Shown piece by piece: positions 1 through 8,784 of a DNA stretch of 64,000 bases. Source of the stretch: an uncultured virus (IMG/VR IMGVR_UViG_2524614544_000001). Its lineage: Duplodnaviria > Heunggongvirae > Uroviricota > Caudoviricetes. The notes under the pieces are model-generated. The model was not told the origin of the DNA. It saw only the letters and a list, made by a program, of their open reading frames with translations, and made no database searches. The first letter of the stretch is position 1. Each line of letters opens with the position of its first letter. The position numbers and the translations under genes were made by a program. The stretch lies in the IMG/VR virus record IMGVR_UViG_2524614544_000001. One strand, given 5' to 3'.

Positions 1-341
1 CAGGGCGGTGATGGGACCGTCGGCCGGGTACGCGGCGGCACGGTCCAGGGCGGTGGAGTCCGCAGTAGCGGGAAAGAATCGCATTCGGCACATGATCACG
101 GCTGGAAAAGTGCAGAGCAATGCATTTCTTGCTGGCAGCCGCTTACTGTCGCGAACAGCACCGCGGCGAGGACCGCTCCCGATGTGCTGCGCTCGTCACC
201 CCCAGGGATGCATCGTGGGCCGAGGCGTTGACGCTGGACAACCGAGACACCGCCGCACGCCAGCGAGCACACCTCAGGGTCTGAGAAGCATCTGGCTGAG
301 ACACGAAGGAAGGTGGACACGGCCTTCGCCGCGTTAAGCGG

Positions 342-416
342 GTGGTCGGCGACTTCGTGGGAGGCGGTCAGGGCGGCATAGGCGGCCGTGGCGCGGACTG
401 CTGCGGTGGTGGTCAT
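342..416 (-). pseudogene. 5' fragment of a phage gene (MTTTAAVRATAAYAALTASHEVADH), apparently truncated
   Basis: GAGAGGA RBS and GC3-rich codons for 25 codons, then an abrupt loss of codon bias. Confidence 0.45.
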
Positions 417-472
417 GCGGTCCTCTCGGTCGATGGGGTGGCCGCCCGGGTGGGGTCCGGGCGGCCGGCGGG

Positions 473-799
473 TCAGGTGGTGGGCTGCTGCGCCTGATCG
501 AGGGCGGCGCGGAGTCCGGCTTCGGCGATGTGGTCGGCGTGGATGGTGCCGATGTCGCGTCCGAGGTGGGTGAGGGCCGTGTCGCCGATGGCTTCGGCCG
601 CGGCTCGGATGGCCTCGGGGGACAGCACGCGGTCGAGGGCAGCTCCGGCCTGTGCGGCGCGGAGGGTGGCGGATGCGTATGCCTCGTTGCAGGTGGTGAG
701 CTGCCGGGCCAGCTCGGTCTGCTGGGCTGCTTCCAGCTGCTCGTAGAGGGCGTCGAGGGCGTCGCTGGTGAGGTCGTCGAGGGGGATGCGGTCGGTCAT
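473..799 (-). CDS. Phage hypothetical protein
   Basis: 108-aa ORF with strong GC3 bias and GGGAG RBS. Confidence 0.75.
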   Translation of the reverse strand: MTDRIPLDDLTSDALDALYEQLEAAQQTELARQLTTCNEAYASATLRAAQAGAALDRVLSPEAIRAAAEAIGDTALTHLGRDIGTIHADHIAEAGLRAALDQAQQPTT

Positions 800-911
800 A
801 GGTAGCTCCCGGTGGTGATGGTGGTGACTTGTCGTCGGCGGCGTGGTCGTGGCTTGTCGGTGTTGCGTGGGGCCCGGGTGGCGGGGCGGGCGTAGTCGCC
901 GGGGATGCGCC

Positions 912-1235
912 TCACAGGGCGTCCGGGGTGGGTGAGGCTGCCGTCGCAGCGGCTACCGCCAGGGCGTGGCTCACGTCGGCTGCCGAGCGCCCAGGCTCGT
1001 CCTCCCACGGCCAGAGCCCAGAATCCACGCTGGCCTCCAGGAGGTAGCCCATGAGCGCACGCACGTCCTCCGCTCGCATGTGATGGCGTGCGGCGCTGCA
1101 TCGTGCGGCAGCTCGCAGGTGGGCCATGACGTGCAGGCTGGGGCCGTCAGGGCTGGCGGGTGCCCAGCCGAATTGGGTGACGAGTCGGCTGGCGTGGTGC
1201 AGTCCGTCGACGGCTGCACGGCGTAGGGCGGTCAC
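912..1235 (-). CDS. Phage hypothetical protein (DUF6197-like)
   Basis: GTG start overlaps the upstream stop; C-terminal WEDEPGRSAADVSHAL motif. Confidence 0.55.
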   Translation of the reverse strand: MTALRRAAVDGLHHASRLVTQFGWAPASPDGPSLHVMAHLRAAARCSAARHHMRAEDVRALMGYLLEASVDSGLWPWEDEPGRSAADVSHALAVAAATAASPTPDAL

Positions 1236-2227
1236 GGCTGCGGCTCCTCGGTCGCGGCGGTGGCGGGCAGCTCGTTGAGCAGGTTCAGGGCGTGCGCCAT
1301 GTCGGCTTCCGTGGGGTGGGGCTCGCGCGGCTCCTCGGTCGCGGTGGTGGTGGGCTCGGTTCGGCGCGTCTCGTCGGCCAGCTCCTGCGCGGCGTCGGTG
1401 TCGCCGCCCGCAGCCCGGACATGAAGCGGCAGCTCCAGCCACACCTGGCCCATCCACTCGGTGGCCCATTCGTCGCCGCTCTTGTTCGCCCGGTCCATGT
1501 CCTCGCGGATGAAGCGGAGCCCGTCCACGAGGGGCTGTTGAAGGGCGTGGAGTTCCTGGATGGTGGCCATCAGCGCGGACAGGGTGGAGGGCGCCTCGGT
1601 CTCGGTGGGCTGTGCCTCGTCGGCCAGGTGGCTCGCCCCGCATCCCGGTTCGCACAGTTCGTGGTCGCCTTCGGCGTGGGCCATCAGTCGCTCGTGCGTG
1701 GTGCACGGTTCACCGCCCGGCTCGCAGCCGCCGGGGCTGCACGGGGCGGCCACGTACTCGGCCTCGTCGGCCAGGCGGCGGAGGCCCATGGCGACGTCGT
1801 GGATCGCGGTCCAGTACCGGGGGTCGCTGCTCGGGTCGGCGGCGTCGCGGAGGCACCCGTCGAGGAAGTCGGCGCGCTCCCGAAGCACCGTGGCCCGGTC
1901 GGCGGGCGCGGCAGGGGCAGACGCGGGCTGGTGTGCGGAGCAGTGGTGCTTGCACCCGTAGCAGGGGCAGCGGCACGGGCTCGGGGACATCTCGTAGCCG
2001 GGGCAGGACGCGTAGGCAGCGACCAGGTCGGGCGCCGGCTCCGTGGTCGGGGTGCCGAGCACCTGCCGGGCCACCGTGGCGGCGACGGCCGCGATCGTGC
2101 GCGGGTCGTCGATGGTCACGGCGACCTCGGGGTGCCGGTCGCACTGCTCGTACACGGCGGCGGCCATGGCCTCCATGAGCGGGTCTCCGTCGGACCAGAC
2201 GGCGGGGGTGGGGGTGGTGTCGGTCAT
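1232..2227 (-). CDS. Mosaic phage hypothetical protein with Cys/His clusters
   Basis: GAGGAG RBS before the ATG at 2227; GC3 bias. Confidence 0.7.
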   Translation of the reverse strand: MTDTTPTPAVWSDGDPLMEAMAAAVYEQCDRHPEVAVTIDDPRTIAAVAATVARQVLGTPTTEPAPDLVAAYASCPGYEMSPSPCRCPCYGCKHHCSAHQPASAPAAPADRATVLRERADFLDGCLRDAADPSSDPRYWTAIHDVAMGLRRLADEAEYVAAPCSPGGCEPGGEPCTTHERLMAHAEGDHELCEPGCGASHLADEAQPTETEAPSTLSALMATIQELHALQQPLVDGLRFIREDMDRANKSGDEWATEWMGQVWLELPLHVRAAGGDTDAAQELADETRRTEPTTTATEEPREPHPTEADMAHALNLLNELPATAATEEPQP

Positions 2228-2387
2228 CGGGCACTCCTCGGCTGGTAGCGGGGGCACTGCACGTGGTGCTGGCCGCCGGTGCCGTAGCAGGTGTCGCAGG
2301 TGTCGGTCATCGGGTGCCTCCAGGCGGTGCGTAGGGTGGTGGGGCGCCCCGGCCGGCTATGACCCGGCCGGGGCTGCGTGCTGTCGG

Positions 2388-2825
2388 TCACGGGGTGGGG
2401 CGTTCGAGCCAGAAGCCGTCACTGTGCTCGTCCTGGTGGCGGCGGCCGATCTCCCACCCCTCCAGGCGAGCTAGGTACTGCCACGTCGACCGCTTCGCCA
2501 CTGAGGCCCAGCCGTCGTCCGGACGGTTCATCAGGTACGGGTGGCCGTCGGAGTGGATGCGCACGAGGACGCGGTCATCGAGCGAGTCCAGATGGCGGGG
2601 CGGTGCTTGGAGGATCGGGCAGTTCGAGCAGTCGCCGTCCGAGACGCACGGGCCGTATCCGCCGTAGTGGGCGCGGCGGGTGTCCTGCGACTCGCGGAGG
2701 TGGCTGTAGTCGCGGGGGCGGAGCGCGCACTGGTCGCCTGCCAGGCTGCCGAGGGAGATGCGGTTCCAGCCCTGCCCGTCCGGGCCGCCAGGGCGATGCG
2801 CGGGAACCTTGAGGTGAATTGGCAT
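2388..2825 (-). CDS. Phage hypothetical protein
   Basis: 145-aa ORF with normal protein composition in the leftward operon. Confidence 0.7.
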   Translation of the reverse strand: MPIHLKVPAHRPGGPDGQGWNRISLGSLAGDQCALRPRDYSHLRESQDTRRAHYGGYGPCVSDGDCSNCPILQAPPRHLDSLDDRVLVRIHSDGHPYLMNRPDDGWASVAKRSTWQYLARLEGWEIGRRHQDEHSDGFWLERPTP

Positions 2826-3059
2826 TACTCGGCCCTCGCTTCGGCGATCAGCCGGTCGATGAGGATGCGGGCAGTTTCGGCGCTGTATCCGTAGGTGATC
2901 AGCGCGTGCTCGATCACGGGGCGGGAAGACCGGCCCGCCACCTCAGGGGCTTCCGCTGTCTTCGTGGGATGCTGGGTCACGGTGTGCTCCTGGTCTGCTG
3001 GGCGGTGTGGGCGGCGGTGCGGGTCTGGTGGACGTCGTGCCGGCGGGGGCGGGTGCCGG

Positions 3060-3371
3060 TCACGGGGTGCGGGGCTGCATGTCGAGGAGCGCCCGGATCA
3101 CGGCGCGGACAGCGGATGCCGACTGCCGGGACGGGAAGCGGGCGACGTGCGCGGCCACGACCTTCCACGCGTCTCGTTCGTCGCGGCGGCCCAGCCAGGC
3201 GTTGACGCACCGGTCGTGGACCAGGCCGTCAACGGTTTTGACCATGTCGCCGCTGTACCCGGCGTGGCAGTGCGGGCAGTCCGGCAGGCCGTAGGGGGCG
3301 CCGTGCTCGTCGCGGCCTCCGTCGTCGGACGGGTCGATAGTGATGGTCGGCAGGTCGAGGGTGATACGCAT
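3060..3371 (-). CDS. Phage hypothetical protein (CxxC)
   Basis: ATG overlaps the upstream stop; CPHC motif. Confidence 0.6.
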   Translation of the reverse strand: MRITLDLPTITIDPSDDGGRDEHGAPYGLPDCPHCHAGYSGDMVKTVDGLVHDRCVNAWLGRRDERDAWKVVAAHVARFPSRQSASAVRAVIRALLDMQPRTP

Positions 3372-3733
3372 CAGAGGCTCCAAAGGGTGGGTTGCAGGTG
3401 AATGAGCGGGAGTTCTTCCTGCCCGGGGACGTGGTGCTCGGGCAGCCGGGTCGGAATGCGGGGGCTGGTCTTGCGGCCGGCGCGCCGGGCACAGACGGGC
3501 CCGATCCCACGGGCCGCCCACACGGACTGGAGGGGGCGACCGCACACGCGACAGACGGTCGAGGGTCGAAGCTCTGTACGCCCGCCTGCGGGCCTGGGAG
3601 CCGGGTCGGCACCCGGCAACCCCAGCGGATGGGTGTTCGGGCCGGAGACGGGCAGCAGGGCAGGCGTGCGGTTTACCCAACCGCCGGTCCCCCTGGCCGC
3701 CGTCACGCCGCAGCCCGGTCGCTGGCCCGCCAA
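3371..3733 (-). CDS. DUF6011-like zinc-binding protein
   Basis: CRVCGRPL...RGIGPVC motif; start uncertain. Confidence 0.65.
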   Translation of the reverse strand: MAGQRPGCGVTAARGTGGWVNRTPALLPVSGPNTHPLGLPGADPAPRPAGGRTELRPSTVCRVCGRPLQSVWAARGIGPVCARRAGRKTSPRIPTRLPEHHVPGQEELPLIHLQPTLWSL

Positions 3734-4011
3734 CGTTCGACGGTTCGCTTGTCGACGCCGACGATCCGGGCGATCTCAGCAGCAGGAACGGCACGCTCCG
3801 TCAGGCCGCGGGCTACGAGCACTCGTTCGAGGCGGGTGAGCCCGTGGGCGGGGCGCCGCTCGGTGACGATCAGCGCCACATCGGTTTCGTCCGCGGTACC
3901 CCACTGGGTGAAGTGCGGGTCGCCCCAGCGCCGGATCCGCCGGTGGTGAAGCGCACAGACTCTCCGGTGGTGCGCCCGATTCCGGTCGCAGCCTTCGATA
4001 CGGCACGTCAT
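3703..4011 (-). CDS. Zn-finger plus HTH DNA-binding protein
   Basis: CxxxxC...CxxH at the N-terminus; AEIARIVGVDKRTVERW HTH at the C-terminus. Confidence 0.7.
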   Translation of the reverse strand: MTCRIEGCDRNRAHHRRVCALHHRRIRRWGDPHFTQWGTADETDVALIVTERRPAHGLTRLERVLVARGLTERAVPAAEIARIVGVDKRTVERWRASDRAAA

Positions 4012-4325
4012 GCCGCACTCCGGTCGGCCTCGGCGTACCGGGCGGCGTGCACGGCCCCGCCCGCCAGCTCCCGGCCGCTGGTGTGGCAGGGGATGGTGGG
4101 GGTGACCTGGCAGGTCGGGCAGCAGGCAACGAGCCGTGCCCGTGCGGCGATCCGCTGCTGGTGCACCTGCGCCAAGGCAACACCGCGGGACGGGATGCGG
4201 CAGGGCTTGTGGGCGGCGGCCCCGCAGTGCGGGCAGTCGACGGCGCGGGCGGGGTGCTGGCCGGCGCGCATGAAGTGGCGGATGGAATCGGGCATTGGGG
4301 CGGGCTGCCCGTAGCGGCTGGTCAT
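4008..4325 (-). CDS. Tandem zinc-finger protein
   Basis: Two CPxC...PC...H modules. Confidence 0.7.
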   Translation of the reverse strand: MTSRYGQPAPMPDSIRHFMRAGQHPARAVDCPHCGAAAHKPCRIPSRGVALAQVHQQRIAARARLVACCPTCQVTPTIPCHTSGRELAGGAVHAARYAEADRSAA

Positions 4326-4657
4326 GTGTCACTCCTTGGGGTGCAGGCGGCGCAGCCGCATTGCTGCCGGTTGTCGGTTCGGTTGCGGAGCTCTGTGTGG
4401 TCGGCGGTGTTGAGCCAGTCCCGGTATTCGTCGAGGGCTATGGCCCACGCCGCGGGCGGGTGGTGTTGCGGGGGCGGGTCTGGTGGTCTCGCCCCGGCCG
4501 GCCAGGCGCCTGCCTGGTAGTCGGGCGGCTTCGGGGGCGGTGAAGACGGCGGCGGGCTTTTGCGGGCTTGGCCGGCGCGAAGCTGGTCGCGGAGGAAGCT
4601 GCGAAGGTCGCCCTCCTTGCGCATCGCCGCAATGTCGGAGGCGTCGAAGTCCGTCAC
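4322..4657 (-). CDS. Phage hypothetical protein
   Basis: GTG coupled to the upstream stop, GGAGG RBS. Confidence 0.6.
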   Translation of the reverse strand: MTDFDASDIAAMRKEGDLRSFLRDQLRAGQARKSPPPSSPPPKPPDYQAGAWPAGARPPDPPPQHHPPAAWAIALDEYRDWLNTADHTELRNRTDNRQQCGCAACTPRSDT

Positions 4658-5400
4658 GACGCCTCCTCGACGATCTCGGCGTCCGGGATGTTCTCCTCGG
4701 CTCGCTGGCGGGCGAGGGCTCGGGCCGACATGTCGCGGATCCGCTGCTCCTGCGCCGCCCGCTGTTCCGCGGTCGGCTGCACCTCGCCGGACACCTCCCG
4801 CGACCGGGCCGCGTGCGGTTTCGGCATTGGCTTCCCGAGGGGGAACTTGGCGGTGGCCCGTCCGGTGTGGCAGGGGTGGCCGATCGCGGCGGAGCAGGCA
4901 GGGCACTCGATGCCGAGGGGGCCTGCCCTGCGCACCGTGTCGGCCAGCGACTCCTCGTCGGTGTCGGGCACCTGCCGGTTGCCCTGCCAGCCGCGGTCCT
5001 CCAGCTGTCGCATGAAGCCGACAGAAGGGCCACCTTCAAGGGCCGGACGACCGGTGGGCGGTGCGACGTGCCCGGAGGCGATCGCCTGGACCTGGCCGCG
5101 GTAGCGGGCGAGGTACTCCCCCACCGTCTCGTCACCGATTGGCGTGTACTGGAAGTTCTCCAGGCGCTGGCTGCGGATCTTCGACCGCAGGGTGCGGACG
5201 TGATGCGGAAGGATCCACAGTCGCTCGCTGGGGTTCTGCGGCGGCGTTGTGTAGTACTTCGCGACGGCCGCCTTGGCGTCCTCGTCGAAGGCGACGTCGT
5301 GAAGGGCTGATGCCCATGCAATGGCAGCGGCCTCGGATGGTTGCCGGTTATCGAAGGCTGTGCAGTGGCTGAGGAGTTCTGCCGCTTCGGGGACGTTCAT
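4654..5400 (-). CDS. Putative helicase loader-type replication accessory protein with zinc finger
   Basis: Directly follows the replication initiator; FDNR...AW N-terminus; CPAC...PC...H finger. Confidence 0.55.
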   Translation of the reverse strand: MNVPEAAELLSHCTAFDNRQPSEAAAIAWASALHDVAFDEDAKAAVAKYYTTPPQNPSERLWILPHHVRTLRSKIRSQRLENFQYTPIGDETVGEYLARYRGQVQAIASGHVAPPTGRPALEGGPSVGFMRQLEDRGWQGNRQVPDTDEESLADTVRRAGPLGIECPACSAAIGHPCHTGRATAKFPLGKPMPKPHAARSREVSGEVQPTAEQRAAQEQRIRDMSARALARQRAEENIPDAEIVEEAS

Positions 5401-6551
5401 GCGGTGGCTCCGTTCGTGTACTTGGCTGCGATGGCGGCCCAGCCGGCGACCTTCGCGTCTGTTCCGGCGAGGGGCTGCCCGGAGGACAGGGCGATGACGT
5501 TGGAGGAACTTGAGGGCTGGCGGAGTTCGGAGAAGGCGAACTGAAGGGTTCCGGCACTCACGGGCTTCGAGAGGGAACCGAGGCGCTCAAGGGCCTTCCA
5601 CAGCTCGGCGGAATCGGTGCCGTTGGCGAGGGCGTCAGCGATGACCTTGCGGACCTGTCGCTGGTTGTAGGCGTTGCCGGCCTTGTAGCGATCGAGGAAG
5701 GCGTCGGTCATCCGGTCTTCGATGGCCCTCTCGCCCGTCTGCATGACGGCGGGGCGGCTGGACGGCTTAGCTGCAGGGGGTTGGGGGGTTCCCTTCCTTT
5801 CCCTGTTCCCTTCCCTTCCTTTCCCTTCCGTCAGTGAATGGTTCAGTGAAGAAAAGTCGCTGTCCGTATCCGAACTGGGCTCAATGTTGGACTGAGCGTG
5901 AGTTTCATTCACTGAATCGTTCACTGAATGGTTCAGTGACTCGTTCAGTGAGTCTTCAAGGCCGACGAGTGCAGTGGGCGGAATGAACTCCTCGCCGTCC
6001 TGGACTGCGTACCGACTTCGACCGCACGCCTGGTGCACGGAGCGAACGTTCGACGGGTGGTCGCTGCCGCCCGCAGCAACGGGTCGGATGTGGTCGATCG
6101 CGAGGTTGTGGTCGTCGTTGCGGACGATCCGCCGAGGGATCTCACTGCCGCACAGCTGGCAGGTCCAGCCGTCGCGGCGCGCGTACATTTCGCGCACCTG
6201 CCAGGTGCCCAGTGACGGCGGGGGCAGTTTGCTCTTCTGTGGCCGGTTGATCCGCTGATGCTTGCGGAAGTTGACCACCACAGCCATCTGCTGCTTGGCC
6301 ACGCCGCCGACGTAGGGGAAGACCATGCCAGTGTCGGTGAGGCACTGCATGAGCTGGTCGACGTCCTTCGGGCTCAGATCGTCGTCGTACATGAACGCCT
6401 GGGCCTTGATGTATGCCGGCGTCCAGCGAAGGATCCCTTCGTCGTCCGCCATGTTGAAGGTCGCGATGAACAGCAGCCTGGCGTCGCGAGGCATGACGCC
6501 GAGAAGTTCGTCTTCCCAGAACTCCGGCTTGACGGTTCGGATGCGAGGCAT
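5397..6551 (-). CDS. Phage replication initiator with an embedded HNH-like domain
   Basis: MPRIRTVKPEFWEDE...ADDEG N-terminus typical of phage replisome organizers; internal RDGWTCQLCG...IDHIRP; contains iterons. Confidence 0.8.
   Translation of the reverse strand: MPRIRTVKPEFWEDELLGVMPRDARLLFIATFNMADDEGILRWTPAYIKAQAFMYDDDLSPKDVDQLMQCLTDTGMVFPYVGGVAKQQMAVVVNFRKHQRINRPQKSKLPPPSLGTWQVREMYARRDGWTCQLCGSEIPRRIVRNDDHNLAIDHIRPVAAGGSDHPSNVRSVHQACGRSRYAVQDGEEFIPPTALVGLEDSLNESLNHSVNDSVNETHAQSNIEPSSDTDSDFSSLNHSLTEGKGREGNRERKGTPQPPAAKPSSRPAVMQTGERAIEDRMTDAFLDRYKAGNAYNQRQVRKVIADALANGTDSAELWKALERLGSLSKPVSAGTLQFAFSELRQPSSSSNVIALSSGQPLAGTDAKVAGWAAIAAKYTNGATA
5789..5955. repeat. Putative replication origin: 12-bp iterons plus a polypyrimidine tract
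   Basis: TTCA(C/G)TGA-core units at 5830 (GTCAGTGA), 5842, 5908, 5920, 5932 and 5944; C/T-rich tract at 5789-5829 inside the initiator gene, as in lambda O. Confidence 0.7.
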
Positions 6552-6642
6552 TGACGGTCTCTTCCTGCGGTACGGATAGGTCGGGCGGGGGCGGTGTGGG
6601 GCCCGCGGCAGGGTCAGGTGGGGGCGGGGTCCGGGCGGGGCG

Positions 6643-8325
6643 TCACGCGGCGGCTGCCGTGGGGGTGGCCCTGCTGGCGAGGAGGTGGAGTGCGGCGACG
6701 GCCTGTTGCCGGACGACTCCGTTGCCGAGGGCGCGGAGCATGGCGCTGCGAGGGAGTCCGGGGGTGCAGGTGACCCAGCCGTCAGGAAGACCCATCAGCC
6801 ATTCGGTGAAGACGGGGCTCAGTCGTCCCAGAGCGTCAGTGGTCCAAGGGGCGCGTCGTCCGAGGATGGCTTCCCACCGGCGGATGGCGGGTTCGTAGTC
6901 GCCCCAGTCGATGTCGGGGTCACCGTCTCGGAGGTTGAGAATTGTTCGACGATTCGCCTGCTGCTCGGCGGTAGGTTCTCGTTCGGGGGCAGATTGCTCG
7001 GCCGCTCCCCCGAGACCAGCTTCACGATCTCGGGGGAGCCCAGCGAACTCGACTGACCGCCGCCGCTGCGGCGCCCGTTCTCCGACGATGAGGTCAGCGC
7101 CCGGGTGCTTTTCTCCTGAGCGCTGGCTGTTGGCGTCGGCAAGAGCCTTATCGGCACAGACGGGGCAATCTGCGGGTCGTCCGAGTTCAAGGTCCGTGCA
7201 GCCTCCGCCGCAGGGGCTGGCGCAGAAGCCGCCTCCGCCGTGGAATGACTCTTCACATCCGCAGGTGGGGCAGGTGGGTTCGACAGGCTCCCGTCGTACA
7301 CCACGCCCGACAGCGTCCACCCGAGGTTCACGCTCGGGTTGTCCGTCTTCCGGCCCGCCGTCGCGCTCCTGGTGCCGTTCGCGTCCCCGGCCATCGGCGT
7401 CGGGAGCAGCTTCACCGCTATCGCCAACGGTGTGCCCTGCCCGTTCCCGTTGATCCCCTTCGCCAAGTTCCGCTGCCGCCTGGCTTCCCAGGACTCCAGC
7501 GACTCCCCGTCGTTCGGATTCGACGCCGTCGGAGTCGGCAGCAGATTCACCACCACCTCGTTCAGCGGCCGCGAATTCCGGTCCATCAGGTTCGACTCCC
7601 CCGACTTCCAGTCGCTTGCGGCTGGTGTCGGCAGGAGGGAGACCGCTGTCCGCAGGTCCATGCCCCCGTCGCCGTGCGAGCCGGCCCCATTCGTGTCCGA
7701 GGTTCGGGGGGTCGGCATCAGCCGGCCAGGCGTAGATGAAGACGCGCTTGCGGCCGTGGGCAGCGCCGACCTCGGACGCTGCGACACGCGCCCATTCCGC
7801 ATCGAACCCGAGGACGGCCAGGTCGCCAAGAACGGCTCCAAGTGCCCGCAGTAGAGGTTGATCGTGTCGGTCTCCCACGCAGTACGGGCAGGGTTCCAGG
7901 TCGCCGGCAGCTTTCGCTGAGAGGAGCCCTTCGACATTTTCGATGACCACCAGTTCGGGTTCGAGTTCGGTGATGGCACGGGCCATGTGGGCCCAGAGGC
8001 CGGAGCGGGAGTCGTCGGTGAGACCGGCGCGCCTCCCGGCGGAGGAGACGTCCTGGCAGGGGAAGCCGCCGGTCAAGATGTTGATCGGTCCGTGCTCGGC
8101 TCGGACGGCCGCCCAGTTGATGGCGGTGATGTCGCCGAGGTTCGGCACGTCCGGCCAGTGGCGGGCGAGGATCTTCGCCGCGTACTGGTTGGTGTCGGGC
8201 TTCCCCTTCTTGTCGGGGGGTTCGTACTGGGAGTGCCACACGGTCTCGCCGCCGAACACGTCGATGACGGCGAGGTCGAGGGCTCCGGTCCCGGTGAAGA
8301 GGGACCCGATGCGTGGTGCGTTCAA
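6643..8325 (-). CDS. C5 cytosine DNA methyltransferase (main chain)
   Basis: Motif I SLFTGTG, IV GFPCQDVS, VI ENV, VIII HGRKRVF, C-terminal EWLMGLP...RALGNGVV; TTG start after AAGGAGG. Confidence 0.9.
   Translation of the reverse strand: MNAPRIGSLFTGTGALDLAVIDVFGGETVWHSQYEPPDKKGKPDTNQYAAKILARHWPDVPNLGDITAINWAAVRAEHGPINILTGGFPCQDVSSAGRRAGLTDDSRSGLWAHMARAITELEPELVVIENVEGLLSAKAAGDLEPCPYCVGDRHDQPLLRALGAVLGDLAVLGFDAEWARVAASEVGAAHGRKRVFIYAWPADADPPNLGHEWGRLARRRGHGPADSGLPPADTSRKRLEVGGVEPDGPEFAAAERGGGESAADSDGVESERRGVAGVLGSQAAAELGEGDQRERAGHTVGDSGEAAPDADGRGRERHQERDGGPEDGQPEREPRVDAVGRGVRREPVEPTCPTCGCEESFHGGGGFCASPCGGGCTDLELGRPADCPVCADKALADANSQRSGEKHPGADLIVGERAPQRRRSVEFAGLPRDREAGLGGAAEQSAPEREPTAEQQANRRTILNLRDGDPDIDWGDYEPAIRRWEAILGRRAPWTTDALGRLSPVFTEWLMGLPDGWVTCTPGLPRSAMLRALGNGVVRQQAVAALHLLASRATPTAAAA
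6819..7937 (-). CDS. Alternative-frame polypeptide nested in the methyltransferase (beta chain-like, five L(L/M)PTP modules)
   Basis: More than 370 open codons in a second frame; WPSSGSMRNG motif; LMPTP, then LLPTP four times. Confidence 0.7.
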   Translation of the reverse strand: MSKGSSQRKLPATWNPARTAWETDTINLYCGHLEPFLATWPSSGSMRNGRVSQRPRSALPTAASASSSTPGRLMPTPRTSDTNGAGSHGDGGMDLRTAVSLLPTPAASDWKSGESNLMDRNSRPLNEVVVNLLPTPTASNPNDGESLESWEARRQRNLAKGINGNGQGTPLAIAVKLLPTPMAGDANGTRSATAGRKTDNPSVNLGWTLSGVVYDGSLSNPPAPPADVKSHSTAEAASAPAPAAEAARTLNSDDPQIAPSVPIRLLPTPTASAQEKSTRALTSSSENGRRSGGGQSSSLGSPEIVKLVSGERPSNLPPNENLPPSSRRIVEQFSTSETVTPTSTGATTNPPSAGGKPSSDDAPLGPLTLWDD

Positions 8326-8496
8326 GGTGTCCTCCTTGTTGGTGGAGGTGGTCATGGGTGCCGAGTGGTCGCACGGAACCAGGCCCTGCCGGGCCGCAGT
8401 TTTCGCAATTCGCCGTCGGCGATGTCTGGCGTTCCTGGGGTCCACTCTGCCACACTTCTTTAAAGGTTGGCCAGTATGAACAGGAAGGAAGTGTTG

Positions 8497-8784
8497 ATGA
8501 TGGCTTACACTCTGGCCATGGCTACTGGGAAGGGCATCGAGATCGCGGAGGACGGCGTCGCGACCGTCGGCATGACCGAGGCGCGCGCGCTCCTGACAAC
8601 GCTGATCCGCGACGTCCGCTACGGCGGACAGGTAGGGGCGTTCACCGAGCGGGGCTCGCGTCAGGCCTACGTCGTGACGCCCGACTTCTACGAGCGGGCA
8701 GGCCGCGAGCACGCCGCCATCCAGCGCGTCCGCGAGCAGTGGCCCGACGTCTATGCGGACCTCTTCGGCGACTTGCCGGACTGA
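8497..8784 (+). CDS. Phd/YefM-like (antitoxin-fold) protein
   Basis: VGMTEARALLTTLIRDV...FTERGSRQAYVV resembles the Phd/YefM pattern; divergent from the methyltransferase; start approximate. Confidence 0.6.
   Translation: MMAYTLAMATGKGIEIAEDGVATVGMTEARALLTTLIRDVRYGGQVGAFTERGSRQAYVVTPDFYERAGREHAAIQRVREQWPDVYADLFGDLPD

Noticed and set aside
5830..5955. CRISPR-like or diversity-generating repeat
   Set aside because: The 12-bp units abut without unique spacers, lie inside the initiator gene, and no cas or reverse transcriptase gene is present. Iterons fit better.
6643..8325. Complete restriction-modification system
   Set aside because: No cognate restriction endonuclease is recognisable nearby, so I treated it as an orphan methyltransferase.
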